The notes under the pieces: model-generated
What the model was told of the DNA's origin: nothing
Seen by the model: the letters and a program-made list of their open reading frames with translations, nothing else
The model's database searches: none
Made by a program: the position numbers and the translations under genes
Assembly: GCA_041169205.1 (NCBI GenBank)
Contig: JBEEJM010000063.1
Span: forward strand, 1-32,238
Length of the DNA stretch: 32,238 nt
Source: Pseudomonadota bacterium
GTDB taxonomy: Bacteria > Pseudomonadota > Gammaproteobacteria > Burkholderiales > Burkholderiaceae_C
Reading direction: 5' to 3'
In this document: one piece after another, positions 27,656-32,238 of the stretch
How positions within the stretch are numbered: position 1 is the stretch's first letter
How the letters are laid out: every line of letters begins with the position of its first letter

Positions 27656-28288
27656 ATGACCACTCGCCCCGCTCCAGCACCGTTGCCTGTGCCCACAGCT
27701 GGGGCCGAGGCCATTGCGCAAGCGCTGCTGGGCTTGGTGGTGAACGTTCCCACGTCATCACAAACACGGGCCCGACTGTCGCTGCCTGCGGCGCAAAGCC
27801 TCACCCGCGCTGCCGCCAGAAAGGCGGCACTCACCTCCGGCACGCTGGCCATGGCACCCGGCCCGTTAGGCTTGCTCACGCTGCTGCCCGACTTGGTGGC
27901 GGTGTGGAAAATTCAGGCCCAAATGGTCAGCGACATAGCCGCCGTGTACGGCAAGCAGGGCACATTGACGCAAGAGCACATGCTGTACTGCCTGTTTAAG
28001 CACACCGCGTCGCAAGCCGTGCGTGATCTGGTGGTGCGCGCCGGGGAGCGCTATCTGGTCAAGCACGCGACGCTGGCCGTATTGCAGCAGATCGCGCGCA
28101 AGCTGGGCATCATTGTCAGCAAGAAGGTGATTGGTGGCGGAATCTCCAGATTTTTGCCCGTGCTTGGGGCGATGGGCGTGGGCGGCTATGCCTACTACGA
28201 CACCATCCAAGTGGCCGCGACCGCGATTGAATTGTTTGAAAAAAGGGTGGTCCCGCTGACAGGAATCGAACCTGTATCTAGCACTTAG
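27656..28288 (+). CDS. EcsC family protein; 3' end runs antisense into tRNA-Arg
   Basis: SGTLAMAPGPLGLLTLLPDL..VWKIQAQMV.DIAAVYG and RFLPVLGA pattern; the last 13 residues (VVPLTGIEPVSST) are the tRNA read antisense. Confidence 0.7.
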   Translation: MTTRPAPAPLPVPTAGAEAIAQALLGLVVNVPTSSQTRARLSLPAAQSLTRAAARKAALTSGTLAMAPGPLGLLTLLPDLVAVWKIQAQMVSDIAAVYGKQGTLTQEHMLYCLFKHTASQAVRDLVVRAGERYLVKHATLAVLQQIARKLGIIVSKKVIGGGISRFLPVLGAMGVGGYAYYDTIQVAATAIELFEKRVVPLTGIEPVSST

Positions 28289-28322
28289 GAGGCACTCGTT
28301 CTATCCATTGAACTACAGCGAG
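28248..28322 (-). tRNA. tRNA-Arg, anticodon CCT
   Basis: CTCGCTG TA GTTC AATGGATA GAAC G AGTGC CT CCT AA GTGCT AGAT ACAGG TTCGATT CCTGT CAGCGGG A CCA; 75-nt cloverleaf with encoded CCA; TACAAT 9 nt upstream. Confidence 0.95.
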
Positions 28323-28362
28323 ACTGGCGGCATTGTATAGGCCGCGCAGCCGCAAACCGGGT

Positions 28363-29589
28363 TCACTTGGTGAGCTGGCGCATGGCTTCTTCCAGCCCTT
28401 TGAGGGTGAGCGGATACATCTTCTGCTGCACGATCTGCTGGATGACGCTGATGCTCTGGCGGTACTGCCACACGCCCTGGGGCTCGGGGTTGATCCACGC
28501 AAATTTGGGGAACGCGCTTAACAGCCGCTGCATCCATTCGGCCCCGGCTTCTTGGTTGTTGTATTCCACGCTGCCACCGGGCTGCAATATCTCGTAGGGG
28601 CTCATGGTGGCATCGCCGACAAAGATCAGTTTGTAGTCTTTGTTGTACTTGCGGATGATGTCCCAGGTGTCAAACTTTTCTGCAAAGCGGCGGCGGTTGT
28701 TCTTCCACATGAAGTCGTACACGCAGTTGTGGAAGTAATAAAACTCCAGGTGCTTGAACTCGGTCTTGGTGGCGCTGAACAACTCTTCCACGCGGGCAAT
28801 GTGCTCGTCCATGGTGCCGCCTACGTCCATGAGCAACAACACCTTGACGTTGTTGTGGCGCTCCGGCCGCATCTTGATGTCGAGGTAACCCGCATTGGCC
28901 GCGGTGCGGCTGATGGTTTCGTCCAGATCGAGCTCGTCTTCATGGCCTTCGCGCGCAAACTTGCGCAAACGGCGCAGCGCGACCTTGATGTTGCGCGTAC
29001 CCAGCTCTTGCGTGTCGTCGTAGTCTTTGTAGGCGCGTTGGTCCCACACTTTGACGGCGCTCTTGTTGCGGCCTTTGTCCTGGCCGATGCGGATGCCCTG
29101 CGGGTTTTGGCCATAGGCACCAAAGGGGCTGGTGCCGCCAGTGCCTATCCATTTGCTGCCGCCTTCGTGGCGTTCTTTTTGCTCTTCAAAACGCTTCTTG
29201 AGCGTTTCCATGAGTTCGTCCCAACCCAACTTCTGGATCTTGGCCAGCTCTTCGGGGCTGAGGTTGAGCTCCAGGTTTTTACGCAGCCACTCCAGCGGTA
29301 CTTCTTTGGTGAAGTCGGCAATCATCTCCACGCCCTTGAAGTAGGCGGCAAAGGCACGGTCGAACTTGTCGTAGTGCTTCTCGTCCTTCACCAGCGTGGT
29401 GCGGCTCAGGTAGTAAAAGTCGTCAATCTTGTAGCCGCTGCTGTAGGCCTCGTCAAAGGTGTCTGTCTCGCTGGGCGCCGAGTTGGGGCCGACCACACCT
29501 TTCTGGAGTGCCTCCATCAGCGTGAGGTATTCCTTGACGGATACCGGCAGTTTGGCCGAGCGCAGAGTGTAAAAAAAATCCAGCAACAT
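28363..29589 (-). CDS. VWA domain (CoxE-like) protein, MoxR partner
   Basis: KWIGTGGTSPFG, ELDLDETI, LLMDVGGTM (MIDAS variant), YFHNC, VGDATMSPYE, WINP. Confidence 0.88.
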   Translation of the reverse strand: MLLDFFYTLRSAKLPVSVKEYLTLMEALQKGVVGPNSAPSETDTFDEAYSSGYKIDDFYYLSRTTLVKDEKHYDKFDRAFAAYFKGVEMIADFTKEVPLEWLRKNLELNLSPEELAKIQKLGWDELMETLKKRFEEQKERHEGGSKWIGTGGTSPFGAYGQNPQGIRIGQDKGRNKSAVKVWDQRAYKDYDDTQELGTRNIKVALRRLRKFAREGHEDELDLDETISRTAANAGYLDIKMRPERHNNVKVLLLMDVGGTMDEHIARVEELFSATKTEFKHLEFYYFHNCVYDFMWKNNRRRFAEKFDTWDIIRKYNKDYKLIFVGDATMSPYEILQPGGSVEYNNQEAGAEWMQRLLSAFPKFAWINPEPQGVWQYRQSISVIQQIVQQKMYPLTLKGLEEAMRQLTK

Positions 29590-29602
29590 GGGGCTCTCCT
29601 CG

Positions 29603-30199
29603 TCAGGCGCGTGGTCTGTCCAGCAGGTACAACAACTGGGCTTTGGCCTCTGGCCACTCGCCAGCGCGCATGCTGTACATCACCGTGTCACGGATGGTGC
29701 CGTCGCGGCGCAGCGCGTGGCCGCGAATGACGCCATCTTTCTTGGCACCGAGCCGTTCAATGGCGGCTTGGGATGCAAAGTTGTAGTTGTCGGTACGCCA
29801 GCCCACGACATGGCAGCCTAGCGTCTCAAACGCATGGGTGAGCAGCAACAGTTTGCAAGTGGTGTTGATATGGGTGCGCTGGCAGCTTTTGGAATACCAG
29901 GTGTAGCCAATTTCCACGCGCTTTACGGCGGGCACGATGTCGTGGTAGCTGGAGCTGCCCAGCACTTGGCCGCTTGCTTGGTCGGTTACCGCAAAGGCAA
30001 AACGGTTGCCTGCCTCATGCATGGCCAGCGCGTCTTCGATGTATTTGCGGGTGTGTTCGGGCTCGGGGACCGAGGTCACGCGAATGTTCCACAGGGCACC
30101 GTCGGCAGCCGCAGCGCGCAGGCCTGTTTCGTGTTCCAGACGCAGCGGCACCAAGGAGATACCACGGGCAGACAGCGTGACGGGTTCGACGAATGCCAT
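29603..30199 (-). CDS. GNAT (RimJ/RimL-like) N-acetyltransferase
   Basis: VEIGYTW, LLLTHAFE.LG, N.ASQAAIERLGA..DG..R, RDTVMYS; start MAFVEP at 30199. Confidence 0.9.
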   Translation of the reverse strand: MAFVEPVTLSARGISLVPLRLEHETGLRAAAADGALWNIRVTSVPEPEHTRKYIEDALAMHEAGNRFAFAVTDQASGQVLGSSSYHDIVPAVKRVEIGYTWYSKSCQRTHINTTCKLLLLTHAFETLGCHVVGWRTDNYNFASQAAIERLGAKKDGVIRGHALRRDGTIRDTVMYSMRAGEWPEAKAQLLYLLDRPRA

Positions 30200-30201
30200 G
30201 C

Positions 30202-30432
30202 TCAGTCCTTGGTGTCGTTTTGGGCGCTTTGCTTGGCGCGCCAGCGCCGTGCCAACTGCAAGCCGATCCCACCACCCAAGCCCACCAGCAAAATGCCGCC
30301 GATGCTGGCGTTGCCATAGCCTGGCGCAAAGATGTCCAGTCCCAGCATCAGGCCTGCCCAATACCCCAGAAGTGCGCCGCCGATGAAGCCGACAGCGTCC
30401 GATAGACCTTCAATCAAGAGTTTGTTGTTCAT
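30202..30432 (-). CDS. Small Gly-rich membrane protein with two predicted TM helices, hypothetical
   Basis: 76 aa with two hydrophobic Gly-rich segments; tightly packed between moxR and the GNAT gene (12-nt and 2-nt gaps). Confidence 0.75.
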   Translation of the reverse strand: MNNKLLIEGLSDAVGFIGGALLGYWAGLMLGLDIFAPGYGNASIGGILLVGLGGGIGLQLARRWRAKQSAQNDTKD

Positions 30433-30444
30433 AGCGTGTGTGGC

Positions 30445-31299
30445 TTAACGGTTGTTGCGTTGCATGAACATCAGTTTCTCAAAGAGCGTGACGTCTTGTT
30501 CGTTTTTCAGCAAAGCACCAACCAGCGGGGGCACGGCCATTTTTTCGTCTTTGCTTTGCAGCGCTTCCAGTGGAATGTCTTCGGCAAGCAGCAGCTTGAG
30601 CCAGTCCAACAGCTCGCTGGTGGACGGTTTTTTCTTCAGGCCCGGCAGGTTGCGCACCTCGTAGAAGGTCTTCATGGCAGCGTTGAGCAGCTCTTTCTTG
30701 AGGCCAGGGAAGTGCACATCCACAATGCTTTGCATGGTGGTTGCGTCGGGGAACTTGATGTAGTGGAAAAAGCAGCGGCGCAGAAACGCGTCGGGCAGTT
30801 CCTTCTCGTTATTGGAGGTAATAAACACCAGTGGGCGGTGCTTGGCCTTGATCAGTTCGCGCGTTTCATAGCAGTAGAACTCCATGCGGTCGATTTCGCG
30901 CAGCAAGTCGTTGGGGAACTCGATGTCCGCCTTGTCGATCTCGTCAATCAGCAGGGCCACCGGCTTGTCGGCGGTAAAGGCCTGCCACAGCACACCTTTG
31001 AGGATGTAGTTGTGGATGTTCTTGACGCGCTCGCCGCCGTCTACGTCGGACAGCTGCGAGTCGCGCAGGCGGCTGACCGCGTCGTACTCATACAGGCCTT
31101 GCTGCGCCTTGGTGGTCGATTTGATGTGCCACTGCAGCAGGGGCATGTTCAGCGCCTCGGCCACTTCCTCGGCCAGCATGGTTTTACCGGTGCCAGGCTC
31201 GCCCTTGACCAGCAGCGGGCGCTGCAGCGTGATGGCGGCGTTGACGGACAGCATCAGGTCCTGGGTGGCGACGTAATTCTTGGTTCCGTGGAATTTCAT
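30445..31299 (-). CDS. MoxR family AAA+ ATPase
   Basis: GEPGTGKT Walker A, LLIDEIDKAD Walker B, TSNNEKELPDAFLRRC. Confidence 0.93.
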   Translation of the reverse strand: MKFHGTKNYVATQDLMLSVNAAITLQRPLLVKGEPGTGKTMLAEEVAEALNMPLLQWHIKSTTKAQQGLYEYDAVSRLRDSQLSDVDGGERVKNIHNYILKGVLWQAFTADKPVALLIDEIDKADIEFPNDLLREIDRMEFYCYETRELIKAKHRPLVFITSNNEKELPDAFLRRCFFHYIKFPDATTMQSIVDVHFPGLKKELLNAAMKTFYEVRNLPGLKKKPSTSELLDWLKLLLAEDIPLEALQSKDEKMAVPPLVGALLKNEQDVTLFEKLMFMQRNNR

Positions 31300-31321
31300 G
31301 GTTAAGGGTTTACGCTAGAGT

Positions 31322-31335
31322 TTGATAAAGCTCAA
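31322..31335. promoter_or_regulatory. Putative FNR/Anr-type box TTGAT-AAAG-CTCAA
   Basis: 9/10 match to TTGAT-N4-ATCAA in the divergent moxR / cytochrome c spacer; TATAAT at 31365-31370. Confidence 0.5.
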
Positions 31336-31414
31336 AGAGCCAATTCTCGGGAAGATGTAGCCGATATAATCATCGGTTGAGTCTTATGAATCACCGTCTG
31401 ATTGTCCTCGCAAA

Positions 31415-32080
31415 ATGAACAAACTGCTGCTGTCCCTCTCCGCCGTGCTTGTCGCTTCCGTGACCGCTTTTTCTGCCCACGCGCAGGACATCAAAGGTGA
31501 TGCCACAGCCGGTGCAAAGAAAAACGCCATGTGTATTGGCTGCCACGGCATCATTGGCTACCAAGCCAGCTTCCCTGAAGTGCACAAGGTCCCCAAGATC
31601 TCGGGCCAAGGCGAAAAATACATCGCTTCCGCTCTGAACGCATACAAAAAAGGGGAGCGCAAGCACGCCAGTATGCGTGGTATCGCGGCCTCCTTGACCG
31701 ACCAAGACATCGCTGACCTGGCTGCCTTTTACGCCACCAGCGGCGTGGTGGCTGGTGCCGAAGCGCCTGGCAAGGCGGCTGACGGTTCTGCCAAGGCGAT
31801 GGAACTGATTGCCAAGGGCGCGTGTGCATCGTGCCACGGAGACAGCTTCAGCAAACCCATTGACCCGACCTACCCCAAGATCGCTGGCCAGCACAGCGAC
31901 TACCTGTTTGTCGCTCTCAAGGCCTATAAAGTTGAGGGCAACGCCCAAGTCGGTCGCGGCAACGCCATCATGGGCGGCATTGCCAAGCAGTTCTCCAACA
32001 ATGAGCTCAAAGAGCTGGCCAACTACATGGGCAAACTGCCCGGTGAGTTGAAGACAGTGCCTGAAAACCGCTTCCGCTAA
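31415..32080 (+). CDS. Dihaem cytochrome c (c4/c553 type)
   Basis: Signal peptide (AHA/QD), two haem-binding motifs CIGCH and CASCH, P.I.GQ and distal Met motifs. Confidence 0.92.
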   Translation: MNKLLLSLSAVLVASVTAFSAHAQDIKGDATAGAKKNAMCIGCHGIIGYQASFPEVHKVPKISGQGEKYIASALNAYKKGERKHASMRGIAASLTDQDIADLAAFYATSGVVAGAEAPGKAADGSAKAMELIAKGACASCHGDSFSKPIDPTYPKIAGQHSDYLFVALKAYKVEGNAQVGRGNAIMGGIAKQFSNNELKELANYMGKLPGELKTVPENRFR

Positions 32081-32096
32081 GCCGCCAAGCCTCAGC

Positions 32097-32124
32097 AAAA
32101 AGCCGCTCACTGAGCGGCTTTTTT
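32097..32124. terminator. Bidirectional Rho-independent terminator
   Basis: AAAAAGCCGCTC-ACT-GAGCGGCTTTTTT perfect stem with A and T tracts on both sides, between convergent genes. Confidence 0.9.
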
Positions 32125-32139
32125 ACGTGTTAAGCACGT

Positions 32140-32238
32140 TCAGTCTTTGGTGGCGTGCCGCTGTACGCAGGCAATGTAGGCGTTACCGTCGGGCGGACGC
32201 CCGGCGCGCTGGCTCTCCCAGAGCATGGTGCCCAGGCA
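32140..32238 (-). CDS. DUF1841-like protein, C-terminal end (truncated by window edge)
   Basis: Hand translation CLGTMLWESQRAGRPPDGNAYIACVQRHATKD* resembles the DUF1841 C-terminus (CL..M.W..QR.G.PPD...Y). Confidence 0.7.
   Translation of the reverse strand, partial: CLGTMLWESQRAGRPPDGNAYIACVQRHATKD

Noticed and set aside
27656-28322. Intact genomic island integrated at tRNA-Arg
   Set aside because: No integrase and no duplicated tRNA 3' end seen in the window; at most a scar.

Overview
GC-rich betaproteobacterial chromosomal segment; gene content and order suggest Comamonadaceae (Rhodoferax-like, by inference). It is mostly core genes: partial ankyrin protein, glycine-zipper protein, ychF, yqaA-family gene, dusB-fis-purH-SRPBCC, thiD-like/hemL/FFLEELY-motif gene, a rubredoxin missing from the ORF track, the Pil-Chp cluster (pilG-pilH-pilI-pilJ-chpA), photolyase, yqgE-yqgF-pyrR-pyrB-pyrC'-acyltransferase, a divergent Fe3+ ABC ATPase/permease pair with a Fur-like box, an EcsC-family gene, tRNA-Arg(CCT), a MoxR/VWA operon, a dihaem cytochrome c and a partial DUF1841-like gene. 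I found no transposase, integrase, prophage or CRISPR array. The most unusual signal is a dispersed ~55-bp element (TAGCCC-N10-TGCG-N5-A followed by the palindromic core GCTAY-N7-RTAGC). It has four ungapped copies, all in the same orientation: two mainly intergenic (one supplies the hemL stop codon) and two written in frame, with rare AT-rich codons, inside pyrC' and the acyltransferase gene. Alignments and counts were done by eye and no database search was possible.
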